A DNA stretch of 64,000 nt. Origin: Saprolegnia diclina VS20 (Eukaryota). The notes below the pieces were generated by a model. That model did not search any database and was not told the origin of the DNA. It worked only from the letters and a program-made list of their open reading frames with translations. The stretch is taken from the NCBI RefSeq assembly GCF_000281045.1, contig NW_008246072.1, forward strand, positions 761,232 through 825,231. Direction: 5' to 3'. Below, piece by piece: positions 48,071 to 61,215 of this stretch. Made by a program: the position numbers and the translations under genes. The first letter of the stretch is position 1; the number at the start of each line of letters is the position of its first letter.

Positions 48071-51000
48071 ATGGGCTTTGCCTTGGAGCTCGTGGAACAT
48101 GCGTTCGGGTCGATCGGGTCGGCGTCGCCGCTCAAGAAGGCCGCGGGCGTCAACCTCCCGCGCGGACCCAAGATGTCGTCGCCCTTTGCCTTTCCGCTCA
48201 TCCACTCGTTCCATGCGTCGACCGACCGGCCGGCCTTTTTGGTGCACCCGCTCGGCAACGCCGCTTCGGCCGCCGCCCATGACGCCGCCGAACCATCCCC
48301 GGCCGCGCCAAGCGTCTCGCCCGAATGGCTTCTTCGCGTGTGCGAGCAGCATGCGGCGCTCACGCAGAGCGTCTTCTCCGGCCTCGAGCTCGCCAACTCG
48401 GTCGTCGACGCGCTCCAGACCGACGACGCCGAGTCGACCGTGTTCAACCTCCTCGGGTTTGACGGCTTTGACTTGATTCAGGAGATTCTCTCGAACCAAG
48501 GCTCGATCGTGGCCATGACGTCGGCGCAGCTCTCGCGCGCCCATGCGATCACGCATGGCGTGGTCGGCGCCGGTGGCAAGACGAAGGGTGCGTCCATGAG
48601 CATCCAGAGCGAGACCGACCAAGCTGTGGCCCGCCACGCGCGTAAGGAAGCCCGGCGCAACGCGCGGCGCAACCCTCGAAACGACGAGACGCATGACGAG
48701 GCCGACTGGCTCGAAGCAGCGGGCTACGACATGGACGTGGTCAACGCGCTCCGCGAGAGCCAGGCCGGCCCGCGATCGCCGACGTCGCAGCTCAAGGAGC
48801 AGTTTGGCGACTTGTCGTACGACACGAGCTCGATGGCGTCCGGGCTGCCGGCGAACGCGGTCAAGACAGTCGAGAAGGGCTACGAGAAGGTCTTTATCCC
48901 GCCGTTGATCGCGCGGCCGACGTCCAAGGACGAGCTCGTGCCAATCTCGGCCATGGACGACTTTGCCGTCGGCGTCTTTGAGGGCATTACGCACCTCAAC
49001 CGCCTCCAGAGCAAGCTCTTTGAGGCTGCGTACCACTCGAACCAGAACCTCCTCGTGTGCGCCCCGACCGGCGCCGGCAAAACGAACGTGGCCATGATGA
49101 CGATCCTCAAGGAGATCAAGAACCAGCGCTTGTACAACGGCGGCGACATTGGCAGCATGAAGATCATCTACGTCGCCCCCATGAAGGCGCTCGCGCAAGA
49201 GGTCGTCACGCGCTTCTCCAAGCGGCTCAAGTGCCTCAAGCTGCGCGTGGCCGAGCTCACGGGCGACATGCAGATGACGAAACAAGACATCGAAGACACG
49301 CATTTGATCGTGACGACGCCGGAAAAATGGGACGTCATCACGCGCAAGACACACGAGCAAGCGCTCATCTCGCAAGTGCGCCTCCTCATCATCGACGAAG
49401 TGCACTTGCTCGCCGACGAGCGCGGGCCGGTCATCGAGACCATCGTCGCCCGCACACTGCGCCGCGTCGAGTCGTCGCAGACCATGATCCGCATCGTGGG
49501 CTTGTCGGCGACGCTGCCCAACTACAAGGATGTCGCCGAGTTCCTCCGCGTGCCACACCCCAAGGACAAGCCGAGTGGCGGCGGCCTCTTCCACTTTGAT
49601 GCGAGCTACCGCCCGGTGCCATTGGCGCAGACCTTCATCGGCATCACGGACAAGGGCCGGAGCAAGCAGATGGCCGCCATGAACCAGCTCGCGTACGAGT
49701 ATGCGATCGAGAACCTCGAGCACGGCCAGCAAGTCATGATCTTTGTGCATTCGCGCAAGGAGACGGTCGGTACGATCCGCGCGATCCTCGAGATTGCAGC
49801 GCGCGCCGGCACGCTCGACCTCTTTTGCTCGGGCACGCCCGTGAAGGAAGCCACGGCCCACGCGCTCAGCGGGCTCGTACTCAAGAGCCGGAACCGCGAG
49901 CTCCAAGAGTTTGTCGGGCACGCTTGTGGCATCCACCACGCCGGCATGCTCCGCTCGGATCGCAATTTGACCGAGCAGCTCTTTGAGAACGGCCAGCTCC
50001 GCGTGCTCTGCTGTACGGCGACGTTGGCGTGGGGTGTCAACCTGCCCGCGCACGCAGTCTTGATCAAGGGCACGCAGATCTACAATGCTGAGAAGGGCTG
50101 CATGACGCCGTTGAGCATGCTCGACGTGATGCAAATCTTTGGGCGCGCCGGTCGACCGCAGTACGACACGAGCGGCGAAGCGACGATCGTCACGACGCAC
50201 GACCAGCTTGACCACTATCTGCGGCTGTTGGTGCACCAGGCGCCGATCGAGTCGGCGTTGATCAAGACGCTGCCGGACCATTTGAACGCCGAGATCGTCT
50301 CGGGCACCGTCGCCAACATGGCCGAGGCGCTGGTCTGGCTCAGCTACACGTACCTGAACGTGCGCATGCTCCAGAGTCCGATGACGTACGGCATGTCGTA
50401 CGACGAGCGCACGAACGACCCGATGCTCGTCAACAAGCGCACGTCGCTGCTACAGGAGGCCGCCAAGACGCTCGAGAGCTGCCGCATGATCCGCTTTGAC
50501 CAAAGGTATGCCACGTCCCATCGACAAAGCGGTGTATCAACTTGATATTGTGTAGCCGCGGCGAGTTTGCGTTGACCAACTTGGGCCGTGTGGCGAGTCA
50601 CTACTACATTACGCACGCGACGATCGAGACGTTCAACGACATGCTCATGAGCGACATGGACGAACAGACCGTGCTCAACGTCATTTGCTCGTCGACGGTA
50701 GCCCGATTCGATCGAAGTGTATCAAGGTATCAAGTTGTCCGTACCTAGGAATTTGAACAAGTCAAGGTGCGCGACGACGAGCTCGTCGAGCTCGACAAGA
50801 TCAAGAAGGCGTGCAAGATCCCGATCAAGGGCGAGAACACGTCGTCGGGCAAAGCCAACATCCTCCTCCAAGCGTACATATCCAACATGTCGCACAAGCT
50901 GTCGAGCTTCACGCTCATCTCGGACACAAACTACGTGGCCCAGAACGGGTCGCGTGTGACCCGGGCGCTGTTTGAGATCTGCCTCAAGAAGGGTTGGCCG

Positions 51001-54000
51001 CTCGCAGCCGAGCGCGTCCTCAACATCGCCAAGTCGATCGACATGCGGTTCTGGTCGACGCAATCGCAGTTGCGGCGCTTTGGCAACGTCCTTCCCCACG
51101 ACGCCATCATGCGTCTTGAGGAGCGGTACGGCAACGACATGGACACGGTGTCGACGCTCACGGTGGCCGACATTGGGCCGCTCGTCAACGGTCCCCGCGT
51201 CGCTGAGAAGGTGCTCCAGCACGTGCGGTACCTTCCGTACTTGGACGTGGACGTGAGCGCGCAACCCGTGACGGACGGCGTCCTCCGGCTCACGGTCAAG
51301 CTCAGCTGCGACTTTGAGTGGGCCGATATGTACCACGGCAAGGTCGAGTCGTGGTGGGTCTGGGTCGAGGACGAAGCCGCCATCTACCACGCCGAACACG
51401 TCTTGATCCACAAGGCGCAGTACCTCTCGGGTGAAGTGATTTCGCTTGTCTTCCACATCCCGCTCTTTGCGCAGAGCGTTAACTCGTACATGCTGCGCGT
51501 CTTGTCGGATCGGTGGGTTGGCGTCGACAGCCACCACGACATTGATGTGCCCGCGCCCAAGAGCTCGGCGCCGTCGCTGTTCTACACGCCGTTGCAGTCG
51601 TTGCATCCGCTGCCGATTAATGCGCTCAACGAGCCGGCGTTTGAGGCCTGCTACCCGTACCCGTTCTTCAACCCGATCCAGACCCAAGTGTTTCACACGT
51701 TGTACCACACGGACGGGAACGTGCTCCTTGGGGCGCCCACGGGCAGCGGCAAGACGATCGTGGCCGAGCTCGCGATGCTGCGCGTGTGGCAGCAAGCGGC
51801 GTCGCAAGGGAACCCGCTGGTCGTGTACGTCGCGCCGCTCAAGGCCCTCGCGCGCGAACGCGTCAAAGACTGGACGCACAAGTTTGCGCGTCTCGGGAAG
51901 AAGGTCGTCGAGCTCACGGGCGACACGACGGTCGAAGCAGCGGTGCTCAAGCGCGCGTCGATCATCGTGACGACGCCGGAGAAGTGGGACGTGGTCACGC
52001 GCCAGCTCACGCGCACGTCGTTTGTGCAGCAAGTGCGCCTCGTGCTCCTCGATGAGATCCACTTGCTCGGCGAAGACCGCGGCCCGGTGCTCGAAGCGAT
52101 CGTGTCGCGCATGCGCATGCTTCGACCGTCGATCCGACTCGTCGGCTTGTCGACCGCGCTCGCCAACGCGGTCGATGTCGGTGCATGGATGGGCATTGAG
52201 GAGCCGTCCGCTGGCATCTTCAACTTTCGCGCGTCCGTGCGGCCGATCCCGATGGACGTGCACCTGCAGGGGTTCCCGGGTCGCCACTATGTGCCCCGGA
52301 TGACTGCCATGAACAAGCCGACGTACGCGGCGATCGTGGCGCACTCGCCCAAGAAGCCGGCGCTCGTGTTTGTCGCGTCGCGCGCGCAGACGCGGCTGAC
52401 GGCCATGGCGCTCGTCTCCTTTGCGGCGCTCGACGGCTCGCCCAAGCAATTCCTCCATGAAGACGAAGAGGTCATGGACGCGATCGTCCAGCAAGTGCGG
52501 GACCCAGCCCTCAAGGACGCGCTTGTCTTTGGCATTGGCTTGCATCACGCCGGTATCTTGGATTTATGGATACTTGGATCGATGATTCATGGATATATCT
52601 AGGATTGAGTGCGAAGGACCGGGATGTCGTCGAAGAGCTCTTCTTGCACGGGAAGATCCAAGTCGTGATCTGTACGTCGACGTTGGCGTGGGGCGTGAAC
52701 CTCCCAGCGCACCTCGTGGTCATCAAGGGCACCGAGTTTTACGACCCAAAGCAAGGGCGGTACGCCGACTTTCCGATGAGCGACATTTTGCAGATGATGG
52801 GGCGCGCGGGCCGCCCGCAGTTTGATACGACGGGCGTCGCGGTCGTCTTGGTGCACGAGGACAAGCAAAACTTCATCAAGCGCTTCATCTACGAGCCGAT
52901 GCCGGTCGAGTCGTCGCTCCACCTGCAGCTTGAAAACACGCTCAACGCCGAAGTGGCCAACGGCACGATCAAGAGCATTGCGGACGCAGTCACGTACCTC
53001 TCGTGGACGTTCCTCTTCCAGCGGGTGCAGAAGAACCCGGCGTACTACGGTCTCGACGAAGGCCAGGAGACGAGCTATTTCTTCCAGCGGCTCGTCACCG
53101 ACATGCTCACCAAGCTCATCGCGAACGGCTGCGTGCGGCAAAGTGGCAAGGCGCTGTCGCCGACGCCGCTCGGGAAGATTGCGAGCGCCCAGTACCTCGA
53201 CTATGCGACCGTCTACCACTTGCACTCGGCGCTGTCGGCGCTTGACGTGTCCGAGGCGGAGGACGAAGCGCGCATGAAGGCGCTGCTTGCCATCATTGCG
53301 GGCTGCGCCGAGTTTGCCGAGACGCCGCTTCGTCCGCACGAAGCCAAGACGAATGCGGCGCTGTCGGCGGCGGTGCGCTTCCCCAAGCTCGAGACCGCAT
53401 GGAAGTGGGACTCGCATGGCGCCAAGATGAAGACGAGCATTTTGCTGCAGATGCATCTCGGCCGCATCCAGGCGCCGTCCAGCGAGTGCTACAACGACCT
53501 CCGCGTCGTGCTCGACAACCTCCCGCGCATCACGGGCGCCATGGTCGACATTGCTGCGCTCCTCGGACGCGTGCCGCTGGTGCACGCGTGCGTGTCGATG
53601 GCCCAAGGCATGCTCTTTGGCAAGTGGCCCGATCGCCTCGGGTGGCTCGAGCTGCCGCACCTCTCGGCGGCCGATGTCCCCCACTTGCCGCCTATCGCCA
53701 AGGCGGCGGATGCGGTCTGGCCCAAACGACTCGGCAGTGAGAAAGTTCGCGACCTCCAAACCGCGCTACAGCAAGTGCCGCACGTCGACGTCCGCGTGAC
53801 ACAGCAGCCGTCGATCAAGAAGGACAGTGTCGACGTCACGGTGAGTGTGCGCGTCACCAATGACTCGCTCTTGCCGTCGGTGGTGTCGACGCGGTACGTC
53901 AAGCCGCGCCCGCGCCTGCTCTACGCGCTGCTGGTGGACGCCAAGGACCCGAGCAAGCTCGTCGGGATGGTCCATCTACCGTACCGGCGCAGTGCGACCA

Positions 54001-54095
54001 AGACACTGACGTTGCGCGGCGCCCCGGAGCGCGCGCTCGACATCCAAGTGGTATCGAATGCGTCGGCCGTCGTGTTGGTGCCCAGCACGACGTGA
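48071..54095 (+). CDS. ASCC3: activating signal cointegrator 1 complex subunit 3 (tandem Ski2-like helicase + Sec63 cassettes), multi-exon
   Basis: two cassettes: APTGAGKT/DEVH/LAWGVNLPAH/GRAGRPQYD and APTGSGKT/DEIH/GRAGRPQFD; QGFPGRHYVPRMTAMNKP is ASCC3-like rather than Brr2-like. Confidence 0.88.
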
Positions 54096-55044
54096 TTCTT
54101 GTCAAGAGCACGATGGGTCAGAGTAGTACGAAGCTTCGTAGTACGCAATGACTAAAACAAACTAACGGCGTGTTTTCTACTCGCGCAAGAAGCGACCAGG
54201 TGCCGTGACGTGGCAGACGTACGGTGATGCACCAGCGCCACCTCGAGACGCCGTGGCGACGAACGCGCGGGACGACCGGTTCGATTACTCCAGCGGACCA
54301 AACACCAAGACATATGGTCTGCACCGTGCGAGTAACGAACGGGTGACGATGACTTTACACTCGGCGGACGAGTGTCCAGGACCAGCTTGCACGCTGCGAG
54401 GTGAAGTGCTTGTCCTTGTCGATGAATCGCCGTAGGTTGGCGCCAAGGACGCTGACACCGGCGCATCGACGACTCGATACCCGCGTGATCACGGTCAACA
54501 TGTCTCGCACCACGCTGCGTTAGCACTGCGTTGTGTGGTTTGGTCGTCGTCGAAGAAGCAGAGGAATAATCATGTGTTGGCATCGTTTGGTAACACAGCA
54601 GCCGTGAGCGCATTTGGGTGCGGCGGTTCAATATTCCTTGGTCCTCCTTCTTTCTATCGGAAGCGAGGGTGGCGGCCGGTGTGGCCAAGGACGGTGCGTC
54701 GGTCCTTCGCAGCCGCGATCGTTGTCGTCGCTGCCTCCGGCGTCAAGGCCACACTCCAGAATACATGTTGATGGTACGCATTTGACACGCATAGCGAGTG
54801 GCAGCCAATGAAATCGCGCGAAAATATCGAACCGACCAATCAGCATCGAGAGCGTTTGCACTTTAATTCCAGCGATGCCAGGTGGTGCGCCAAAGATCTG
54901 GTTTGAATTTTATTATCTTGGACTTTGTATCGACTTGCGATTGCGCAGTTGAATTTCGCAGCCGGGCGCGAATGCGGTAAACATCCCGTCGAACGTGGGA
55001 TGGCACTTGGATCAGAGACGACGCGGCGGTCACTTGACGACTGC

Positions 55045-56252
55045 ATGGCGCCCTGGGACACCAAGTCGCCCGAGACGGACGACGCGATGCGCAACGACCG
55101 CGAAGCGCGCCTCAAGAAGGATCGCATGCGCAAAACCAAGTACCGACAAGAAAAGATGGCCGAGATGCACGAACTCAAGGTCACTGCAAGCGCGCTCACG
55201 CTGCAGCTCGAGCAGCTCAAGACACAGCGGAGCCAGCACGTGCGTCCGCGGCTACCGTCGCTCACGTCGCTGCAGGCGCCGCGGCTTCGGCTGTCCTGGA
55301 AATTGATTGCGGATCGAGAGAAAGCGGGTCTTGCGGCCGCGTACGCCGAGCAGAAGCGGCTGCGCACCGACCTCTTGCAGGACCTCAATCGCGCCTTTTA
55401 CCTGCTCCAGTCGCAGCGCCGTGCCCCGCGCGAGGTAGTCCGACTGCCCATGCATCTTGTGTTTCATGCATCTCTTGCGCCATAACAGATGGTGATGGAC
55501 CTGCGGCGCGAGCCGCGCACCGCGACCACACTGCCGCACCACCCACTGCGGCGCCTCGAGACCATCCAGCGCCTCTTGCAGTGGCAAGCCGACCACGTCA
55601 ACGATATGTTCTTAGCCCGCGTGCTTCCAGCGCTCGACGACGACGACGATCCCGCATGGACCATGGAGCTGTCGACGGACGTCGCGTCGGTTGCGTATCT
55701 CGAGACACGAAGCCTCGGCGTCGTGTACGCGTCCGCGGTCGACGTCGGCGCCGTCCTATGGCAGTTCGAGACCGCGCAGTCCCGTCATACCAAGGTACTT
55801 TCTGGTCATTTCAAATCCAAACACTACACTGTCGTAGGTGGTGCCACTCGACGGCGATACCGCCTTGGTATCGGGCTCCAGCAAGGACGACGACACGACG
55901 CTGCTCAAGCGGATCGTACATCGAACTGCCACTGGCGCACCACGCGTCCTGCTTCTTGCGCAGAGCGTGCTCGCCGACGAAAGCGTCTCGCACCCTACAT
56001 CTTGCAATAGCGTGGTGATGTGGTACGTAGCATGCGTTGCATACTTCCATCGGAAGCTCATGAACGCATCATAGGCTTGTGGTCGACGAGCTCCCGCGCG
56101 GAGCGTCCGACGGCCCCGTGAGCGTCTATCGCAGCGTGCAGCAAGCCGCTTTGAACGGTCCGCTCGATGTGTACGCCGAGCACTTGGTCGCGACGACGGC
56201 GACGCGCGCCCTGCGGCAGCACGCGCTTTCGCGCCATTTCCACTGCCTCTAA
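55045..56252 (+). CDS. oomycete bZIP-like / M96-family-like protein, 4 exons
   Basis: basic region + coiled coil (RLKKDRMRKTKYRQEK..LTLQLEQLK), SWKLIADREK, then a START-like region; family call is tentative. Confidence 0.55.
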
Positions 56253-56290
56253 CTTAATCAGCGCAAGAAGAACGAGACGTGTTGGTGGAC

Positions 56291-58985
56291 TTAGATGAAG
56301 CCGAGCTGCTGCGCGGCCTGGTCGACCTGCGCCTGGATGTCGGGCGACTGGCAGTTGTTGCGGACCATCGAGAGCTTCTCCGGGTCCTTGAGCTTGACAG
56401 CGAGTTCGAGCGCCGCAAGCCACATTTGCAGATGGATGAACGTATCAAACTTCTCGTCCGGCTGCGTAATGCGCGCCGCGTACGACTCGGCTTGGCCCTT
56501 CTCGCCTTCGCGGAGGCACGCGACTGCGAACGCCTTGAAGCCGCACGGTGGCGTCTTTTTCTCTTGGGAAAACTAGATCCACAATACGTACACAGTGCCC
56601 TCCAAGTCAGATCTACCTTGTGGAGGGTGTCCCACTGCTGCGTCTCGGCGAGCGCTTTGATCTTGACGTGGTAAAAGCGCTTCTCGGGGACCTTGAACTT
56701 TTTGGCGAGGCCGGCCGCGAGCTGCAACGACTTGGGGTCGCGCTTGGCGTCCATGCAGAGCTGCTTGATCGTATCGCTGAGCGAGAGGCCCACAAACGAG
56801 GTTGAGATGTGCGGCGCCTTTTCATCGAGCTTCTTTTGCTCGACGAGGAGGTCCATTTGCTCCTCCGTGAGCTTGGCGTTGATCGGGAGCTTGGCGACAT
56901 TGAACTTGGCCATCGCGTCCTTGAGCACCTTGAGCTTGGCGTCGACGTCCATCACTTGGAACGACTGCAGCACATCGTAGTTGGCACTCGCCATATCGGG
57001 CCAAATCGCATCTACACGGAATATGAACTTGATACATTGATACAAAACATACCCAGCTTCTCGCGCGACTCGCCCGTGCCAATGTAGTAGGACGTAATGA
57101 GGTGGATCGCATCCGCGTACATGGGCTCCGACTGCAGCACGCGGCGAAAGTCGTCGACCGGCACGAGCCGCTCCATGTGGAAGAGCGCCATGTAGATGAG
57201 GTCGGTCTGGCTCGACTCGAGCGCCTTGCGCAGCGCGAGTTCGCACTCGCCCATCGACAATAAGAGCGGCACTTGGTCCGACGCGTTCTCTTCCAAATCC
57301 AGCAGCATCGTCGCGAGGCGGCGGCGGCCCGCGCGCTCGGCGCAGCTCGCAATCTCAGAGTACGAGACGAGCGTCGCGTCCTTGAGCTTCTTCCGGACAA
57401 GCGACACGACCGCTTCGTCCGTCATGGGCGCGTCGCCAAACGAAGCCTTGACCTTCTCGCACGCCCAGTGGACGAGGACGCGGTCCGGCGAGATCTTGAG
57501 GTACTCGCAAATCTTGATCGCGAGGTAGTGCTGGCGCATGGCGACGAGGCGCGACACGACCACGTCGCTCGTGAGCCGGTCAAACTGCCGGAGCGTCAAG
57601 GGCAGACCGACCGACGGCTTGCGGAGTGCGTTGAGCACGCGCAGCTTGCGGCTCATGTCGACAAAGAGCTCAGAGTCGTAGCCCGAGCTGCGTGCGTCGG
57701 CGCTGTTATCAAAGAAGCACTTGCCGTACGCTGCCGCGCGAAGGAGCGAGAGCTGCGCTGCGTAGTCAAACTCGTTGCCGGCAGCGTTGATGCAGTCGGT
57801 GATCGCTTGCTCCAGCGTCTTGTGCACTTGGATCGACCGAATGTTCTCGTCGGCCTTGGCGTCGCCCGAGTCGAACGCGTCGAGCGCGTCAAAGAGCATC
57901 GCGGCTGGCGACGTGCTGCCGATGCGCTTGATGCTTTCGGTGGCCTTGGGAACGCGCATGAGGAGCTCATGGCCGCGGCTGCTGTAGATGCGGCACGAGT
58001 CGACTTCTTGGCAGAGCTCGACAGGGCCGTCACACGGAAACTTGAGCCACGACCCGAGTGGGCCGACCATGATGAGCCCGACGTTCTGCCAGTAGAGCAC
58101 GACCGAGTCTTCGCCGCACCAGAGCATGCTCTTGGGCGTCGCTTTCGACGACGTCTCAAACTCCAAAATCTTCTTGTCAAAGTTGGTATTGAGCACCGTA
58201 AGGACGCCGTCTTGGGTGTACATGGCCATAAACATGCCATTGGGCGCGATCGCAATCGCTTCGATCGGCGCCTTGATCGACTCTTCGAGGTGCATGTCGG
58301 TCATCGAGTCCTTGTTGCTGCCCGGCAGCTTGGAGAGCACGACGAGCGACTTGGCCGACGTGCCGAGAAAGATCTCGGGCATGTTGGTCTTGACGAAGCG
58401 CGGGTGCAGCACCGCCATGCATGTCGGCGGGTTCGCCTCGGAGATGCCGGTCTCCATGATGAGGTCGATGCGCGGCGAGACCGAGTCGATGTCCATGACC
58501 TGCACGACCATGTAGTTGCCGAGGAGACAGGCGATGCCGCCGCCCCATGACTCGAAGCTCCAGATCTTGGTGTTGAGGTTCCGCGACACGATGTTGAACG
58601 AGTTGTCGAGCTCACCCATGATGCTGTACGTGACGCAGAGCCCATCGTCAAAGACGCACAAGAGGCGCATCTCGTCAGTCCACGCCATGCCGAGGAGCGT
58701 CTTCTTCTTCTCGTCATACTCCTTGAACGAGATGGACGCGAGGCGGCTACCGCACGCGTTGAAGATGAAGAGCGTCCGACTCAAGGACCCTTTGGCGTCC
58801 ATCTTGACGAGCAGCTGCGACTTGCGGAGCAGCGCGACGGGGCCGCCGTACTGCGCTGGCACGACGTCAAAGTCCTTGAGGTCGCCGACAGACGCGACTT
58901 CCTCGCGCCACGACGCGCCCATGTCGAAGAGGTGGTGGCGCTGGTACTGGGCCTCGCCCAGCGCGTGCCACTCGGAGGGATCCAT
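56291..58985 (-). CDS. VPS16: vacuolar protein sorting 16 (HOPS/CORVET subunit), multi-exon
   Basis: YGGPVAL, WCGEDSV, QEVDSCRI, KADENIRSI, LLRAAAYGK, HWACEKV, QVPLLL and KKFKVPEKRF. Confidence 0.95.
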
Positions 58986-58997
58986 CGGCAACACGAA

Positions 58998-59890
58998 TTT
59001 TGCAGTCACTCCACAATTCGGCACATGGCAAGCGGATTCGGCATCGAAGGGGAAAATTCGGCACATCACTGGTAATTACGGCAGCATGGGCTAGCATTCG
59101 GCACATACCACGTCGCTTCGGCATCATTCAGAAAATGAATGCGGCTTGTGCCATGCGTATCGCGTCAGGCCAGTGCGAGCAAGAGATCATGGGACGTGTG
59201 GCTCATAAAGTGTACGCTGTGTACATGAAAATGAGATGTCGTACCATCCAGCAAAGACCGATAAAGGTCAGCAGAGGCGCGGGCGGAAACAACATTTAAA
59301 AGTGGCATGTGCCGCAAGAGAGCACCGTGCCCGCTCATTGGCCGGATCCCGACATTGCGATCTTCTCTCTTTCGATGACTAGCTTATCATCGACTTGTGT
59401 CGTTTGCATCTACTGCAAGCATGGACATGGTTGAGTGCAGTCCTGCTGACATTAACAAAACCTGATCTGTACACAAATTATATGAATGATATTAGTCTTC
59501 GCCTATGTGTCGGGTGTCGAGCGTCGCTCCGGCTTGGGGCTCTTCGCCTCACGCGCCGCCATGTGGGCCTCGATCAAGAGGCGATTTTTCGTCGCCGTGT
59601 CCGTCGCCTTGGTCGTGGGAGCCTTGGCGTGGGTCTTGGCGGGCGGGTTAGAAAGCGAATCGACGCAGCCTCGCCCGCCACGACACATGCCAAGGCCCCC
59701 AAGGCCAAGGCAATGGACACGGCGACGACAAATCGTCTCTTGTTCGAGGCCCACATGGCGGCGCGCGAGGCGAAGAAGAGCTCAAGCCGAAGCGATGCTC
59801 CGGCACCGCAAATTCGAGACTGACCACGTCGCAAAAGGTATGCGCCACCAGATGCGCCACGCGCAATTGTATTACATATTAACCACAAGA
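58998..59890 (+). repeat. dispersed element copy 2 with 6 TTCGGCA-type motifs at 20-bp period and an internal hairpin
   Basis: motifs start at 59016, 59036, 59056, 59076, 59096 and 59116; homologous to 38666-39392. Confidence 0.85.
59513..59807. repeat. imperfect long inverted repeat (~135-bp arms, short loop)
   Basis: CGCGCCGCCATGTGGGCCTCGA..CGTCGCCGTGTCC pairs with GGACACGGCGACG..TCGAGGCCCACATGGCGGCGCG. Confidence 0.93.
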
Positions 59891-61215
59891 TAGTTAAATA
59901 ACATCGCCATGGGTCGTAACCCTACCCCCGTCCACTTGCCCGCAGCGTATTTTATTACAAAAGTCCTGGCACTGCATACAAACCCTTAGTCTAATGTAAA
60001 TAGGGTATTTTACGATTCCTGGGTGACTTCGACGCGCAGCAGAGAATACATTCGCCTAACCCGCGCTCCATGATGACACGCCGGACGCCATTCCTTGGGC
60101 TCTGCTGGTCACCGCACGCCCGCAAGCTCAATGTAGGAGCCTCGGCGAAACGTCTTCCTCCTTCTGCTTGTATGTGCGCGCTCTAGTCCGCAACGCTGTC
60201 GCTCACCGCTCTGCAAAGTTTGCCAGTTCTACGACCGTCGACGTTGTTGAAGTGTCGATGCTCCACATCGTACTAGACGTTCGCAACATTCTCGAACGCT
60301 GTGACGCACGCTGCGTCGGACTACTCTGTCATTGGTAGCGCGACCGAGTACAGCGTAGACCAAGGCGCGTCGCTCGTGACGGCGATGCAGCGCCGACTCC
60401 CACGCGGCTTTGCAGACGCCAACATGACCGCATGGTGGTCCACAAGCCAGCGCCTGTGTTGCGCGCTGACTTGCTGCTGCATGACTACTTAAAGTTGATG
60501 GAACAGGTCATTCTTCGTGCTTGCGTCTTTCGTGCTGGTCCAAACTCGATGGAAATACCATCCAGAACTGGTTTTGATGGAGCATTTCGTTCCAAGGAGG
60601 AGCAAACCGGTCATTTGATGGGTGGCAGTCAGGACGGGAGAGGCTGGACGGGAGTCGACACGATACGTCCCTTTGGGCGCCGTTTTGGCGGGCGAGTCGA
60701 CGAGTCGACGACCATTGTACACACCATGTCCCGATACAGGTCGACCAAAATGGCGACTTGCAACATGGCACTTTCTAGCCTAGTTCATCTCGTCTTGAGG
60801 TAGTTGTTGTGGGCACAACACGATGCAGCATGGCCACGCCGGCGACGCGCGGGATCGCTACAAATTTATTATTGCAGGCAAAAGACGAGCGAATGCCCAA
60901 TGCGCGCTATGCATCGCTCGACGCGCTAAAGTCAGTTCTGAATCTTTACTCTCTTTTCTGAAAGCGAGCTCCGACCTGAGCCCAACGACCAACGTGTACT
61001 CCTCGGTGCAGAGGTACATGTAGCTACCGCGGAGGAAGCGATGTCTCCGGTGACGGTGTAGTTGATAGGGTATCCAAAGAAGTGGCTCGGCGTCAGGTTC
61101 GAGAAGGTCTTGGGCTTCGATACTACTACTGCTAGTGCGTCGACCTCAACTCCTCGAGACCTTTGCCACATGCAACCGACCGGCTAAGAATACCATCCGG
61201 TATTTATATTCCAAC

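Noticed and set aside
47936..52548. Long antisense ORFs (e.g. 47936-50281, 50722-52548; likewise 26873-29320 and 15458-16801)
   Set aside because: Shadow ORFs caused by high GC3 codon bias of the real genes on the opposite strand.
59016..59123. CRISPR array interpretation of the repeat-spacer pattern
   Set aside because: Repeats (8 bp) and spacers (12 bp) are far too short, the context is eukaryotic and there are no cas genes.
60050..61150. Short ORFs between the hairpin element and the 61216 gene
   Set aside because: No motifs or consistent splice model could be supported.
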